A DNA stretch of 64,000 nt from Fidelibacterota bacterium (GTDB taxonomy: Bacteria; Fidelibacterota; Marinisomatia; Marinisomatales; Marinisomataceae), in contig JABHGE010000003.1 of assembly GCA_018672235.1 (NCBI GenBank), forward strand, positions 13,828 to 77,827, written 5' to 3'. A model generated the notes under the pieces. The model had not been told where the DNA came from, ran no database searches, and saw only the letters and a program-made list of their open reading frames with translations. Positions 39,484-50,578 of this stretch are shown here, in pieces. Numbering within the stretch: the first letter of the stretch is position 1; each line of letters starts with the position of its first letter. A program made the translations under genes and the position numbers.

Positions 39484-39890
39484 CTTCTGTTCTCTTTCAC
39501 CCATTCCTCAATATATTCGAGAGACATCTTAACTGGAGTACCAGGTCCAAATAGCTTTCCAACTCCTATCTTTGCAAGTTCCTTACTGTCTTCTTCTGGA
39601 ATGATACCGCCGCCAGTTACTAAAACATTCTCTAATTTTAAATCTTTGATTAGTGTCATCACTTTGGTAAAAATAGTCATATGCGCTCCCGACAGAATAG
39701 ACAAGGCAATAACATCAGCTCCTTCTTGAATAGCCACCCTTACAATGCTGTCAGGAGTTTGACGAAGACCAAGATAAATAACATCCATTCCTGCGTCGCG
39801 ATAAGCGGCGGCAAGAACCTTGATACCTCTGTCATGTCCATCCAGACCAGGCTTTGCCATTAAAATTCTAATTGGTGGGTTTAAGCTCAT
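39480..39890 (-). CDS. Cobalamin-binding domain protein (methylmalonyl-CoA mutase small subunit)
   Basis: AKPGLDGHDRG (DxHxxG), LSILSGAH, GGGIIP and FGPGT motifs. Confidence 0.92.
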   Translation of the reverse strand: MSLNPPIRILMAKPGLDGHDRGIKVLAAAYRDAGMDVIYLGLRQTPDSIVRVAIQEGADVIALSILSGAHMTIFTKVMTLIKDLKLENVLVTGGGIIPEEDSKELAKIGVGKLFGPGTPVKMSLEYIEEWVKENRR

Positions 39891-39902
39891 AATAGGTATA
39901 AT

Positions 39903-42900
39903 TTAACTAATCCAAACGTTTGATTCCCCTAATAAATCTCTCAACATAATTAGGAAATGATTGCTACTTGATACTCTAATTTTTTTCGATATAATTCTGC
40001 GCGAAGATCCGTCTTGATTTTGCATATGGACAATAAATAAGCTTTGACCTTGATTGTCCATTGCATATTTATGTACCTCATCTACGGTATCTTTTGTCAC
40101 TTTTTTGCCTATTTTTATATTAATCTCTTTTAGCTTCAATACTTTTTTTGCATGATTAATTGGCACCACTTCATCTACGATAATTTTTAAATCAGAGAAA
40201 TCGTTTTGTGATGTAGAGTTCCCTACTAAGAACACAATATTACCTTCACTAATAATTTCTTTATATTTTTCAAATGCATCATGAAAAATTATTGACTCTA
40301 CCTGTCCTCCCAAACAGTCCAAGTTAAAGAATGCCATTGGCTGATTTTTTTTATCATAGTGTAGTTTAAAGCTCGACACTGCTCCACCAATTCTAATCAG
40401 GCTATTTTCTTTTAAAAATTTTTTCTCAGTAAAATCATAATTACTTAATTCTTCTAATGTGTCAGCATATTTTAATAATGGATTCCCTGATACATAGAGT
40501 CCTAATACTTCTTTCTCTTTGCTTAGTTTTTCTTGGCTCTCCCAATCTTCTATATTTGGTAGATCGGGCTGCTTTACAAGGTCTTCTTCTTCAGAAAATA
40601 AATCAATTTGGTTTTTATTTGATGCTTTATCTACCTGTTGTCCATAGCTAATAGCAATATCTACAGCCTCAAATAATTGGGCTCTATTCGGTGAAATCGA
40701 ATCAAATGCACCAGCCAATATAAGACTCTCTAGCACTTTTTTATTAACTAAGCGTTGATCTATTTTTGTTACAAAATCAAAAATGGAAGTAAACTCTCCC
40801 TGGTCTTTTCTAACTTGTATAAATTGCTCTAATGCTTTAATTCCTACATTCTTAACAGCATTTAATCCAAAAGAAATTTCTGTATCATTTAGTGGAATGA
40901 AATTGATGTCAGATTTGTTGACGTTGGGAGCATTCACTTTAATATTTAATTTTCGACACTCATTTATTAGTACTACAACTCTATTTGTGTTGGTCATTTC
41001 ACTTGTTAGGTTAGCTGACATAAACTCTGCTGTATAATGTGTTTTGAGCCAGCCGGTCTGATAGGCAATATAAGAATATGCCACTGAATGACTTTTATTA
41101 AATCCGTATTGTGCAAACTTATCAATTAATTCAAAAATTTGTTTTGCTTTAGCTTTTGTTAGCCCGTTCTTCACTGCTCCTGCAACAAATCTTTCGGCCA
41201 TTTCATCCATCAAAGATCGAATTTTTTTACCAATAGCTCTTCTCATTTCATCTGCTTCTGAAAGTGTAAAGCCAGCAATAATATTTGCAATTTGCATCAC
41301 TTGCTCTTGATAGACTATAATCCCATGCGTTTCTTTTAATGCTTCTTCTAGTAGGGGGTGAACATACTCTACTTTCTCTTCGCCATGAGCTCTCTTAATA
41401 TAGCGATCAATGTTTTGCATTGGACCTGGCCTATATAGTGCATTCATCGCAACCAAACCTTCAATTTCTGTTGGTTTTAATTTTTTTAAAAATTCTCTCA
41501 TTCCGGAAGATTCAAACTGGAATATTCCAACTGTTAAGCCTTTTGCAAACAGTTCATAGACTTTGGGATCATCCATGGGAATGGTATTAATATCAATTTC
41601 TTTATCAAATCTTGTCTTAATTAGTCCTAAAGCTTTATCAATAACTGTTAAGTTTCTTAGGCCTAAAAAATCCATTTTTAGAAGACCTACTGATTCTAAT
41701 TCTTTCATATCATACTGTGTTGTCGTATCGCCTTGAGAAGATTTATAAAGAGGAACAAAGTCTGTTAAATTTCCTGGAGCCACTACTACGCCTGCAGCGT
41801 GAATGGATGCATGTCTAGTCATTCCCTCTAAGACCTTAGCATTTTCTAACAATCCTTTATGAGAAGTTTGTGATACTGTACGCAATTCAGAACTTTGCTT
41901 GAGGGCTTTATCTAATGTCATGTTTGGGCCTTCTGGAATCATTTTTGCAATACCGTCAACTTCAGAGTAAGGGTAGCTCATTACTCGCCCTACATCTCTA
42001 ATTACTCCACGTGCATTCATTTTCCCAAATGTAATAATCTGCGTTACAGACTCTTCACCATATATACTTTTAATATAATCAATAACCTGACCTCTACGTT
42101 CAACACAGAAATCAATATCAATATCTGGTAAGCTGATTCTATCAGGATTTAAGAAACGTTCAAAAATCAAATTATGTTTTAAGGGATCGATATTTGTGAT
42201 ATCTAGACAATATGATACAAGACTACCTGGTGCAGACCCTCTACCTGGACCTACTGGAATTTTATTTTTTTTGGCGTATTGAACAAAATCTGCCGTAATT
42301 AAAAAGTAACTGGCAAATCCCATCTTCTTAATAACAGATAATTCATAAGTTAACCTGGTTTTCATTTCTTCTGTATAGTCACTAAATTTCTTTTTTATAC
42401 CTTCTTCGCAGAGCAACTTCAAGTAAGCATCAACATCCTTTAAGTTAGATTCTTCTGGAATTTGATACCAAGGTAGATGATAGTCATCCATAGGAATATC
42501 TAAATCAATACTATCTGTAATTGCGCGTGTATTTTCTAAGGCTTCAGGAAATTCTTTAAATAAAGAAAACATCTCATCTTGGGATTTAAAATAAAATTCA
42601 TTCCCAGGATATTTTAATCTTTTAGTATCGCTGAGCTGTTTTCCTGTACCAATACATATATGCACGTCATGTGCGGTATGATGTTCTTTTTTGGCATAAT
42701 GCGCATCATTAGTTGCAACAATTGGTAGCCCCATATCTTTGGCTAGCTTTGAAGCTAATTGTATATTTTGTATTTCTTCTGGGATGCCATGATTTTGCAA
42801 TTCAATATAGTAGCGTCCCGGGAAAATACTTGAGTACTCTTCCGCCACAGCTTTTCCTCTTTCATATCCACTATATAGAAGGGCCTCTGGCAAACTTCCT

Positions 42901-43325
42901 TTCAAACACGCAGACATACATATAATACCCTCATTATATTTCTTTAAAATTTCTAAATCTACTCTAGGCTTATAATAAAATCCTTCAAGATAGCCGTGAG
43001 TAACAATTTTCATTAAGTTTTTGTAGCCTTTTAGATTTTGTGCAATTAATACGAGGTGATTATAATTTCCCATACCACCAGATTTGTCTCTTACTAGACT
43101 ACTGCCTTTAGCTACATAGACTTCACAGCCAATAATAGGTTTGATATTATTTTTTTTTGCCTGCTTATAAAAAGAAATTGCACCAAATAAATTACCATGT
43201 TCCGTGAGTGCAACTGAATCCATGCTTAAGTCATCCATGGTTTCTAATATAGAAGTAACATTCTGTGCACCATCTAATAAGCTATGGTCAGAATGATTGT
43301 GTAAGTGTATAAATTCGCTTTTCAT
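39903..43325 (-). CDS. dnaE: DNA polymerase III alpha subunit
   Basis: PHP domain HLHNHSDHSLLDG, GPGRGSA, FERFLNPDR..PDIDID, KMDFLGL and YGFNKSHS motifs. Confidence 0.98.
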   Translation of the reverse strand: MKSEFIHLHNHSDHSLLDGAQNVTSILETMDDLSMDSVALTEHGNLFGAISFYKQAKKNNIKPIIGCEVYVAKGSSLVRDKSGGMGNYNHLVLIAQNLKGYKNLMKIVTHGYLEGFYYKPRVDLEILKKYNEGIICMSACLKGSLPEALLYSGYERGKAVAEEYSSIFPGRYYIELQNHGIPEEIQNIQLASKLAKDMGLPIVATNDAHYAKKEHHTAHDVHICIGTGKQLSDTKRLKYPGNEFYFKSQDEMFSLFKEFPEALENTRAITDSIDLDIPMDDYHLPWYQIPEESNLKDVDAYLKLLCEEGIKKKFSDYTEEMKTRLTYELSVIKKMGFASYFLITADFVQYAKKNKIPVGPGRGSAPGSLVSYCLDITNIDPLKHNLIFERFLNPDRISLPDIDIDFCVERRGQVIDYIKSIYGEESVTQIITFGKMNARGVIRDVGRVMSYPYSEVDGIAKMIPEGPNMTLDKALKQSSELRTVSQTSHKGLLENAKVLEGMTRHASIHAAGVVVAPGNLTDFVPLYKSSQGDTTTQYDMKELESVGLLKMDFLGLRNLTVIDKALGLIKTRFDKEIDINTIPMDDPKVYELFAKGLTVGIFQFESSGMREFLKKLKPTEIEGLVAMNALYRPGPMQNIDRYIKRAHGEEKVEYVHPLLEEALKETHGIIVYQEQVMQIANIIAGFTLSEADEMRRAIGKKIRSLMDEMAERFVAGAVKNGLTKAKAKQIFELIDKFAQYGFNKSHSVAYSYIAYQTGWLKTHYTAEFMSANLTSEMTNTNRVVVLINECRKLNIKVNAPNVNKSDINFIPLNDTEISFGLNAVKNVGIKALEQFIQVRKDQGEFTSIFDFVTKIDQRLVNKKVLESLILAGAFDSISPNRAQLFEAVDIAISYGQQVDKASNKNQIDLFSEEEDLVKQPDLPNIEDWESQEKLSKEKEVLGLYVSGNPLLKYADTLEELSNYDFTEKKFLKENSLIRIGGAVSSFKLHYDKKNQPMAFFNLDCLGGQVESIIFHDAFEKYKEIISEGNIVFLVGNSTSQNDFSDLKIIVDEVVPINHAKKVLKLKEINIKIGKKVTKDTVDEVHKYAMDNQGQSLFIVHMQNQDGSSRRIISKKIRVSSSNHFLIMLRDLLGESNVWIS

Positions 43326-43327
43326 GA

Positions 43328-44179
43328 CTATTTAAAAAATACTTTAATTACTCTCTTATTTCCTTCTAAATCTTTAAAAAATATACTATCAATATTGCTA
43401 TTATTATGAATCATATCAATGATTTGATTTGTAATTATAGATTTAGGTATCTCAAAATACATGGAACCTTCTTTCTCGATGAGGATCGATAGGTTATTAA
43501 TGAAATATTTATAGAACTTAAGTCCATCTTCTTGGTCTGATAGAGCTTTTAATGGATCGTGGTTCTTTACAGAGGGATCTAACTGAGAAATCTCTTCAAT
43601 ACCAAGATAAGGAGGGTTGCTCACTATAATATCAAATTTTTTGATGGGCATTTCAAAAATATCCTGCTTGATAATTTCTACATTGGGTATGTTTAAGTGT
43701 TGTGCATTTTTATTCGCAATATCAATTGCTTGATTTGATATATCTATACTTTTTACATCAAAATTTTTATACAAGCTGGCAATAGTGATTCCTATACATC
43801 CGCTACCACAACCAATGTCTAGTACTGTTTTTTTTTCAGTTGCACCAAAGTCATTCTGAATACAATCAATAATTAATTCGGTTTCTGGTCTAGGGATAAA
43901 AACACCAGGAGGAGTAAAGAACTCGTGTTCATAAAAATAGGTCTTACCAATAATATGCTGTACCGGCACATCCTTTAATAGCAGCGAAAATGATTCCTTT
44001 AAATGCTCTAAATGCTGGTGTGGTATAAAATTATCATTAAGATATAAATCAGACTTTTCTATACCTAAAACAGACTCAATAAGCATTTCTGATTTTTGCT
44101 TATACTCATCTATATTATTTTTTTTCAGATCCACTAACTGTTTATTAAAAAAATCAATTACTAGATAATTTGAATGCAT
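43328..44179 (-). CDS. prmC: Release factor glutamine methyltransferase
   Basis: IPRPETE, LDIGCGSG and SNPPY motifs; directly downstream of prfA. Confidence 0.95.
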   Translation of the reverse strand: MHSNYLVIDFFNKQLVDLKKNNIDEYKQKSEMLIESVLGIEKSDLYLNDNFIPHQHLEHLKESFSLLLKDVPVQHIIGKTYFYEHEFFTPPGVFIPRPETELIIDCIQNDFGATEKKTVLDIGCGSGCIGITIASLYKNFDVKSIDISNQAIDIANKNAQHLNIPNVEIIKQDIFEMPIKKFDIIVSNPPYLGIEEISQLDPSVKNHDPLKALSDQEDGLKFYKYFINNLSILIEKEGSMYFEIPKSIITNQIIDMIHNNSNIDSIFFKDLEGNKRVIKVFFK

Positions 44180-44180
44180 A

Positions 44181-45239
44181 TTAATTAATCTTAGAATTAT
44201 CCTCTGCGAGCTTTAGCTGCTCTATAATATGGTCTAAATCACCTTCCAGCGTCACTTGCAATTTGTGGGTGGTATAATTTATTCTATGATCAGTAATACG
44301 TCCTTGTGGGAAATTATATGTTCTAATTTTTGCTGAACGATCTCCCGTAGATACTAAGCTTTTACGCATTTCAGCTCTATCTTTATTAAGTTTTTCTTCT
44401 TCTAGGGCAAATAATCTTGCTCTTAAAACCTTTAGCGCTGAAGCTTTGTTTTTATGTTGTGAGGCTTGATCTTGGCAAGTCACTACTAAGCCTGTTGGGA
44501 TATGTGTAAGTCTAATAGCAGATTCAGTTTTATTAACATGCTGCCCGCCAGCTCCACTGGCACGATAGGTGTCAACCTTAATATCTGTTGCTTCATTAAT
44601 GTCTAGCTCTGCCTTTTCTGCCTCTGGCAAAACTGCAACTGTAGCTGCTGAAGTATGTACGCGACCCCCAGATTCTGTTTTTGGAATTCTTTGGACTCTA
44701 TGAACACCTCCTTCATACTTATAAATACCGTAAGCCTTATTACCTTCTGCGCTAAAAATCACAGACTTTAATCCACCCACACCTGTTTCATGCATATCCA
44801 TAACATTAATAGATAAATTATTTTTTTCCGCATACCTGGAATACATTCTGAATAAATCAGCTACAAATAATGCAGCCTCGTCTCCTCCAGTACCAGCCCT
44901 GACTTCAATAATAGCGCTTTTATTATCATTTGGATCGTCTGTGATTAATATTTTAATTAAAGCATCTTCAATTTTTTGTAACTGAGCGTTTAAAGTAACT
45001 TTTTCTTCTTTAATTAACTCTGCGTAATCTGGATCATCCTCTAAGCCCTCCAATTCTTTATGCTCTTTAGTAAGTGCAACAAATTGAATACTTAAATCGT
45101 ATATTTCTTGTATAGCGCTTTTTTGTTTTGAAAGGGTGGCTAGTTTATCTTGATCTAAGACATTGGAAGGATTTATCATTTCTTCCATGATATTGTCATA
45201 TTCTACAATAGTGCTGTTTACTTTAGATAAGATGTCCAT
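44181..45239 (-). CDS. prfA: Peptide chain release factor 1
   Basis: EVRAGTGGDEA, HRVQRIPKTE (PxT), GAGGQHVN and IRTYNFPQ motifs. Confidence 0.98.
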   Translation of the reverse strand: MDILSKVNSTIVEYDNIMEEMINPSNVLDQDKLATLSKQKSAIQEIYDLSIQFVALTKEHKELEGLEDDPDYAELIKEEKVTLNAQLQKIEDALIKILITDDPNDNKSAIIEVRAGTGGDEAALFVADLFRMYSRYAEKNNLSINVMDMHETGVGGLKSVIFSAEGNKAYGIYKYEGGVHRVQRIPKTESGGRVHTSAATVAVLPEAEKAELDINEATDIKVDTYRASGAGGQHVNKTESAIRLTHIPTGLVVTCQDQASQHKNKASALKVLRARLFALEEEKLNKDRAEMRKSLVSTGDRSAKIRTYNFPQGRITDHRINYTTHKLQVTLEGDLDHIIEQLKLAEDNSKIN

Positions 45240-45267
45240 AGGCTAAAAAGTTCTAAATAAAAAATGC

Positions 45268-45522
45268 TTAAGAAGCTTTTTTATTATACTTGCGGTTGAA
45301 TTTTTCAATTCTTCCAGCAGTATCTACTAATGTACGTTGCCCTGTATAGTATGGATGTGACTTATCCGAGATATCCAACTTGAATAATGGATATTCTTTT
45401 CCGTCTTCCCACTTAACAGTTTTATCTGTTTTGACAGTAGATCGAGTCAAGAAAGAATAGTTACATGAACTATCTTCGAAGACAACCAATCTATATTCTT
45501 CTGAATGTGTATCTTTTTTCAT
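45268..45522 (-). CDS. rpmE2: 50S ribosomal protein L31 type B (zinc-free)
   Basis: MKKDTH..YRLVVFED, FLTRST, WEDGKEYP, SHPYYTG and DTAGRIEKF motifs. Confidence 0.93.
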   Translation of the reverse strand: MKKDTHSEEYRLVVFEDSSCNYSFLTRSTVKTDKTVKWEDGKEYPLFKLDISDKSHPYYTGQRTLVDTAGRIEKFNRKYNKKAS

Positions 45523-46742
45523 TTTAATTCTTTTAAACTTTCTTTTATTCTTTTAATACCACTTTTGATGATTTCACTACTTGTTGCAAAAGAAAATCTT
45601 AAATAACCTTTTGCGCCAAAACCATCTCCTGCAACTGTTACTACTCTTGCAGTGTCGAGAATATAGTCAGAAAGGTCGAAAGTGTCGCGTAAAATTTTAC
45701 CATCTTTTGTTTCCCTATTAAGATAGGTTGAAAAGTCAGGAAACATATAAAATGCTCCTCCAGGCATATCACATGTTATGCCATCTAGCTCATTTAAGGC
45801 TTCAAACATAACCTGTCTTCTTTCTTGAAATTTATACTTCATATCTAGTATAGGTTTCTGATCTCCCAAGAGGGCGGCGACAGATGCTTTTTGACCGATA
45901 GCGTTAGGACAAGAAGTTGTTTGACCTTGAATTTTAGACATGGCTTTTACAATTATTTCATTTGCAGTAGCATATCCAATGCGCCAGCCAGTCATAGCAT
46001 ATGTTTTTGACATGCTTCTAATCGTTAATATTTCTGCACCAATAGTATTTAGGACATCAAGAGCAGTAAACTTTCTATCATAAACTAGCTCTTCATATGT
46101 TTCATCAGAAATAACAACCCAATTATTTGCTTTACTAATTTCTAGCATTTTGGTAATTGCTTCATCTGACCATACTCCACCAGTGGGATTACTAGGTGAA
46201 TTAATAATTATACCCTTAATAGAAGAATCAACTGTTTTCAAGTCATATCCATCTACAATTTTTTTATGTAAATCATCAAAATCAGGTTCGAATTGTTTGG
46301 ATACCAGAGTATCTACTAATAGAGGTTCAGCTCCCGACAATCGCACAAACTCCGGGAAAGAAACCCAATAGGGTGAAAAAATAATGACTTTATCTCCTTC
46401 TTCAAAAAGCGCTTGGCATGCTACAGATAATGATTGTTTACCACCATTCGATACAATGATCTGATTGGTATCATATAAGATACCCGTATCATTCTTTACC
46501 TTGGTTTGGATAGCCTCTTTTAGCTCTAACATTCCAGAGCCTGGCGTATACTTAGTATAGCCATCATCCATTGCTTTTTGTCCTGCCTCTATAATATGTC
46601 GAGGAGTATTGAAGTCTGGCTCACCAACACCAAAATTAATTACATCTACACCCTTAGCTCTTAATGCGGCAGCTCTAGCCGTCATTTGTAATGTAAAAGA
46701 TGGTTTGATCTTATCAACTAATCTTGATAAAGATATAGACAT
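45519..46742 (-). CDS. PLP-dependent aminotransferase class I (aspartate aminotransferase-like)
   Basis: GEPDF, NSPSNPTG, SDETY, SMSKTYAMTGWRIG and LRFSFA motifs. Confidence 0.92.
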   Translation of the reverse strand: MSISLSRLVDKIKPSFTLQMTARAAALRAKGVDVINFGVGEPDFNTPRHIIEAGQKAMDDGYTKYTPGSGMLELKEAIQTKVKNDTGILYDTNQIIVSNGGKQSLSVACQALFEEGDKVIIFSPYWVSFPEFVRLSGAEPLLVDTLVSKQFEPDFDDLHKKIVDGYDLKTVDSSIKGIIINSPSNPTGGVWSDEAITKMLEISKANNWVVISDETYEELVYDRKFTALDVLNTIGAEILTIRSMSKTYAMTGWRIGYATANEIIVKAMSKIQGQTTSCPNAIGQKASVAALLGDQKPILDMKYKFQERRQVMFEALNELDGITCDMPGGAFYMFPDFSTYLNRETKDGKILRDTFDLSDYILDTARVVTVAGDGFGAKGYLRFSFATSSEIIKSGIKRIKESLKELK

Positions 46743-46743
46743 A

Positions 46744-48066
46744 TTACTGACTCATTAAATCAAGAAATTCTTGATTTGTCTTAGTTCTTCTCATTCTTTC
46801 TGTCATAAAATTCATAGACTGCTCTGTACTCATTTCTCCTAACATTTTTCTTAAAATCCATATTCTGGATATATGTTGTGGAGATAGAAGAAGCTCTTCT
46901 TTTCTAGTACCAGATTTCACAATATTAAATGCTGGATAAATACGTCTATCACTAAGTTCGCGATCTAAAACAAGTTCCATGTTGCCGGTCCCTTTAAACT
47001 CTTCAAAAATTACACCGTCCATTTTACTGCCTGTATCAATTAGAGCTGTAGCAATAATAGTTAAACTACCACCTTCCTCTGTATTACGAGCTGCTCCAAA
47101 AAATTTCTTTGGTTTTCTGAGGGCATTTGAATCAACTCCACCGGACAAAATCTTTCCACTATGAGGAATTACCGCATTATGTGCTCTACCTAATCGTGTA
47201 AGGCTATCAAGTAAAATTACAACGTCTTTTCCGCATTCTACTAAGCGTTGTGCTTTGTAAAGCGCCATATCTGACACTTGTACATGTCTCTCTGGTCCCT
47301 CATCAAACGTAGAGGCTATAACTTCAGCATCTACACTACGCTTCATTTCTGTTACTTCTTCAGGTCTTTCATCAATCAATAAAATGATTAAAATTGTCTC
47401 TGGATGATTTCTTCTAATAGCGTTTGCAATTTTAGAAATTAAAATAGTTTTTCCGGTCTTAGGTTGTGCTACAATTAATCCACGCTGACCTTTTCCAATC
47501 GGACAAACTAGATCCATAATTCTCATGGACATATCGCTGGTATTAGATAGATTAAATTTTTCATTTGGATGTAACGGTGTATACTTATCAAAAGATCTTT
47601 GGTGTCTTATCTGATCTGGGTCTACGCCATTTACTGTTTCTAGCTTTAATAATGCATGAAATCTTTCTTTAGTTTTTGGTGCCCTAGTACTGCCTTCTAC
47701 AAAATGCCCTGTTTTTAACTTAAATTTTTTAATCTGTGATGGGCTCACATATATATCTTCTGGGCCGGGTAAATAATTATCATTTACGCTTCTTAAAAAT
47801 CCATATCCATCAGGTAAAATCTCTAATACTCCTGCGGCTCTTTTTTCATTGCCTTCATTGTGATGAGATAGATTCTTTGGGGCTTCTTTTACTTCAATAT
47901 TTTTTTCTGGTCTTGGCGCCTCTTCTTTCTTTTCAGTGGGAGCAGCGCTAACCATAGCGTTCATCAATTCTTCTTTTGAAAAGGAAGAGATTTTTTCTAT
48001 GCCCATCGTTTTTGCAATTTCTTTTAAATCGCTTAATTTTTTTTCTTTTAAATCGGTTAATTTCAT
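46744..48066 (-). CDS. rho: Transcription termination factor Rho
   Basis: [40 protein letters not shown] and [11 protein letters not shown] motifs. Confidence 0.98.
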   Translation of the reverse strand: MKLTDLKEKKLSDLKEIAKTMGIEKISSFSKEELMNAMVSAAPTEKKEEAPRPEKNIEVKEAPKNLSHHNEGNEKRAAGVLEILPDGYGFLRSVNDNYLPGPEDIYVSPSQIKKFKLKTGHFVEGSTRAPKTKERFHALLKLETVNGVDPDQIRHQRSFDKYTPLHPNEKFNLSNTSDMSMRIMDLVCPIGKGQRGLIVAQPKTGKTILISKIANAIRRNHPETILIILLIDERPEEVTEMKRSVDAEVIASTFDEGPERHVQVSDMALYKAQRLVECGKDVVILLDSLTRLGRAHNAVIPHSGKILSGGVDSNALRKPKKFFGAARNTEEGGSLTIIATALIDTGSKMDGVIFEEFKGTGNMELVLDRELSDRRIYPAFNIVKSGTRKEELLLSPQHISRIWILRKMLGEMSTEQSMNFMTERMRRTKTNQEFLDLMSQ

Positions 48067-48121
48067 TAGTTCCTCTATTAATTGTGAAATGTACTTCTAG
48101 GGGGAAAACACCTTGAAACGA

Positions 48122-48149
48122 AAATTACATCATATGATGCCATTGTCAA
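48122..48149 (-). promoter_or_regulatory. Putative rho promoter (TTGACA-N16-TAATTT), -35 inside the folC 3' end
   Basis: Minus strand TTGACA at 48149-48144 and TAATTT at 48127-48122. Confidence 0.45.
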
Positions 48150-49374
48150 AGGAAAAATCAAAAAACTTATACACCTCTTTTGCGATGTAATGACTACCAA
48201 ATATTACTTTTCCGCCAGAGTAATCTAATTGATCTATTACAGTCAATGCATCTTGTAAATTTTCTATAAATTCAAATTTTTGTAATAATGGATTATTCAC
48301 AATCTCTTCTTTGTTGAGAATATCTTTCGAGGGGATAGTGGAAATAATAAGCCTTTCAAATGATTCGGAAAAAATTTCTACTAATTCGGGATTGATTTTA
48401 TCCTTTTTCAACACCAGAAGACCCAAGGGCTTTCTATTGTATATATTTTGTATATCTTTAACAAGAATCTCAATGCCATTTCTATTGTGTGCTACGTCAT
48501 AGAAAAAGTCTTTTTTCATTAACTGCATTCTTGCCGGCCAATACCAGCTATCTAGCGCCATCTGAATATTATTATCTGAAATATTACTAAAATTATTAAT
48601 ACATGTCTCGATTGCTAGGACAGCATTTTGTGCTTGATATGAGCCTGCTTGAGGCAAAGTGAAGTTTTTATTCCTGTACACAAAGTTTATTGAATTAGAT
48701 GTTTGTTTGTTCGGAAGAATATGTTTTTTATCCACAAAAGAAACATCGACATTTTTAGCTCTAGCATGTTTTGTAATTGTATCAATGACTCGCTGATCTG
48801 AATTTATCGTTATAGTTGGAATATTTTCTTTAAAAATTCCACATTTTTCAGCAGTAATTTTTTCAATAGAATCTCCCAAGATATGCATATGGTCATAATG
48901 AATCTCAGTAATGATTGTCTGAATAGGGGATAAAACATTTGTAGAATCTAGCCTACCTCCAAGGCCTGTTTCAATAATAGCAATATCTATATTTTGGTTG
49001 GCAAAGTGTTTGAAAGCCAAAGCAGTAGTTGCTTCAAAAAATGTAATGGAACTATCGATTAAAGTTTGTTTATGTTTTTCAATAAACTCTACAATATCTT
49101 TGTCCAATATAGGAACGCCATCAATTCTTATCCTTTCATTAAAATTTATTAGGTGAGGAGATGTATATAGCCCTACTTTATAGCCATTTTCTTGTAAGAT
49201 TTTTGCAATAATAGACGATGTGGATCCTTTACCGTTTGTGCCTGCTAAATGTATTGTTTTAATTTTATTATGAGGATCTCCACAGACTTTTAAAAAACTT
49301 TCAATATTCTTTAGACCTAACTTTATCCCTCGATTATGTAGGCCATATAAAAATTCTAACGTAGAATTGATCAT
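48130..49374 (-). CDS. folC: Folylpolyglutamate synthase/dihydrofolate synthase
   Basis: HLAGTNGKGS, YTSPHL..FNERI, ETGLGGRLDSTN, DVAHN and FGSHY motifs. Confidence 0.95.
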   Translation of the reverse strand: MINSTLEFLYGLHNRGIKLGLKNIESFLKVCGDPHNKIKTIHLAGTNGKGSTSSIIAKILQENGYKVGLYTSPHLINFNERIRIDGVPILDKDIVEFIEKHKQTLIDSSITFFEATTALAFKHFANQNIDIAIIETGLGGRLDSTNVLSPIQTIITEIHYDHMHILGDSIEKITAEKCGIFKENIPTITINSDQRVIDTITKHARAKNVDVSFVDKKHILPNKQTSNSINFVYRNKNFTLPQAGSYQAQNAVLAIETCINNFSNISDNNIQMALDSWYWPARMQLMKKDFFYDVAHNRNGIEILVKDIQNIYNRKPLGLLVLKKDKINPELVEIFSESFERLIISTIPSKDILNKEEIVNNPLLQKFEFIENLQDALTVIDQLDYSGGKVIFGSHYIAKEVYKFFDFSFDNGII

Positions 49375-49375
49375 G

Positions 49376-50551
49376 CTAATTGGTGTCTAGGGTCTGTTGA
49401 TATCTCTCTATTGCTCTATAAATAGAAGTGGCTAATATATCTCTATACTGAGAGCTTTTTAATTTTTTTTCTTCTGCCGGATTAGATATATAGCCTAACT
49501 CAATTAAAACATTTGGCATCGAGGCATACGCCAAAACATAAAACCCAGCTTGTTTTATTCCCCTATCTTTACTTTGCAATCTCTTGTTCATCTCTTCTTG
49601 AACTAGTGCAGCAAATTTTTCACTTCCGTTTGCAAATCCAGATTGTGCGATGGTTACCTTAATAAGAGCTTCATCTGTTAGTTTCGTAGTACTGCCGCCT
49701 TCAAGATCAAGTACTGCATTTTCTCTAGCAGCAGTTCTAACAGCGGCTGCATTTTTATTCATACCAATCATGTATGTTTCAAAACCATTTGCTCTACGAT
49801 CTTCGGCTGAGTTAGCATGAATACTAATAAATAATTTACCGTTATTTGAATTGGCAAGCTTTGTTCTGTCTTCTAATCTTATAAAAATATCTTCATCTCG
49901 CGTTAAAATTGTATTGATATTCATATTGCGTTCAATTTTTTTAACTAAGCGCTTTGCTACGTCTAGCGTGATATCTTTTTCTTTGGTTCCTCTATACCCA
50001 ATAGCTCCAGGATCTTTTCCTCCATGTCCAGGATCAATAATAATCGTATCAAGTTTCCACCTATTTTTTTCTTTCGTTAAATCCACATTAACTGCCGGAA
50101 TTTCTTTGGTGTTTTTTATCTTAGAATTAAGGGAAATAGACATTGTAGTATAGTCTATCGATTGATGACCTGATCCATGAATTGATAGTATATTAAAAAA
50201 GTCATCTATTGGAACATAGTACTCATCATTGCTTTTGATTAACTTGCTTTGCATCTGATATATCTTATCATCAATAACAATAAATGCAATATTTTGTGAT
50301 AGCTTTACTTTTAAGCCGTCTATATAAATAACAATCTTCTTTGTTTTATCGTTTACAAAAAATCCACCACCAGTAATGCTACCAAAATCATTTACTGAAA
50401 GATAGTATTGATCTTTTTTCAAGAGATCTGCTTTGCCAAGGATGTTGTTATTGGCGCCTAAGACTGTAATCGATTGTTGATTGTTCGCTACAACGATAGA
50501 TAGCAAAAAAAAGAGAGGTAGAATGCGATATAGGGAAATTAATAATCTCAT
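49376..50551 (-). CDS. N-acetylmuramoyl-L-alanine amidase (Amidase_3)
   Basis: Signal peptide; IDPGHGGKDPGA, EKD, SIHAN and LIELGY motifs. Confidence 0.93.
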   Translation of the reverse strand: MRLLISLYRILPLFFLLSIVVANNQQSITVLGANNNILGKADLLKKDQYYLSVNDFGSITGGGFFVNDKTKKIVIYIDGLKVKLSQNIAFIVIDDKIYQMQSKLIKSNDEYYVPIDDFFNILSIHGSGHQSIDYTTMSISLNSKIKNTKEIPAVNVDLTKEKNRWKLDTIIIDPGHGGKDPGAIGYRGTKEKDITLDVAKRLVKKIERNMNINTILTRDEDIFIRLEDRTKLANSNNGKLFISIHANSAEDRRANGFETYMIGMNKNAAAVRTAARENAVLDLEGGSTTKLTDEALIKVTIAQSGFANGSEKFAALVQEEMNKRLQSKDRGIKQAGFYVLAYASMPNVLIELGYISNPAEEKKLKSSQYRDILATSIYRAIERYQQTLDTN

Positions 50552-50578
50552 AGTATAAAATTATTATAAATATAACGT

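Noticed and set aside
48728..48736. Perfect DnaA box TTATCCACA
   Set aside because: Single copy inside the folC coding sequence, with no cluster, so no support for oriC.
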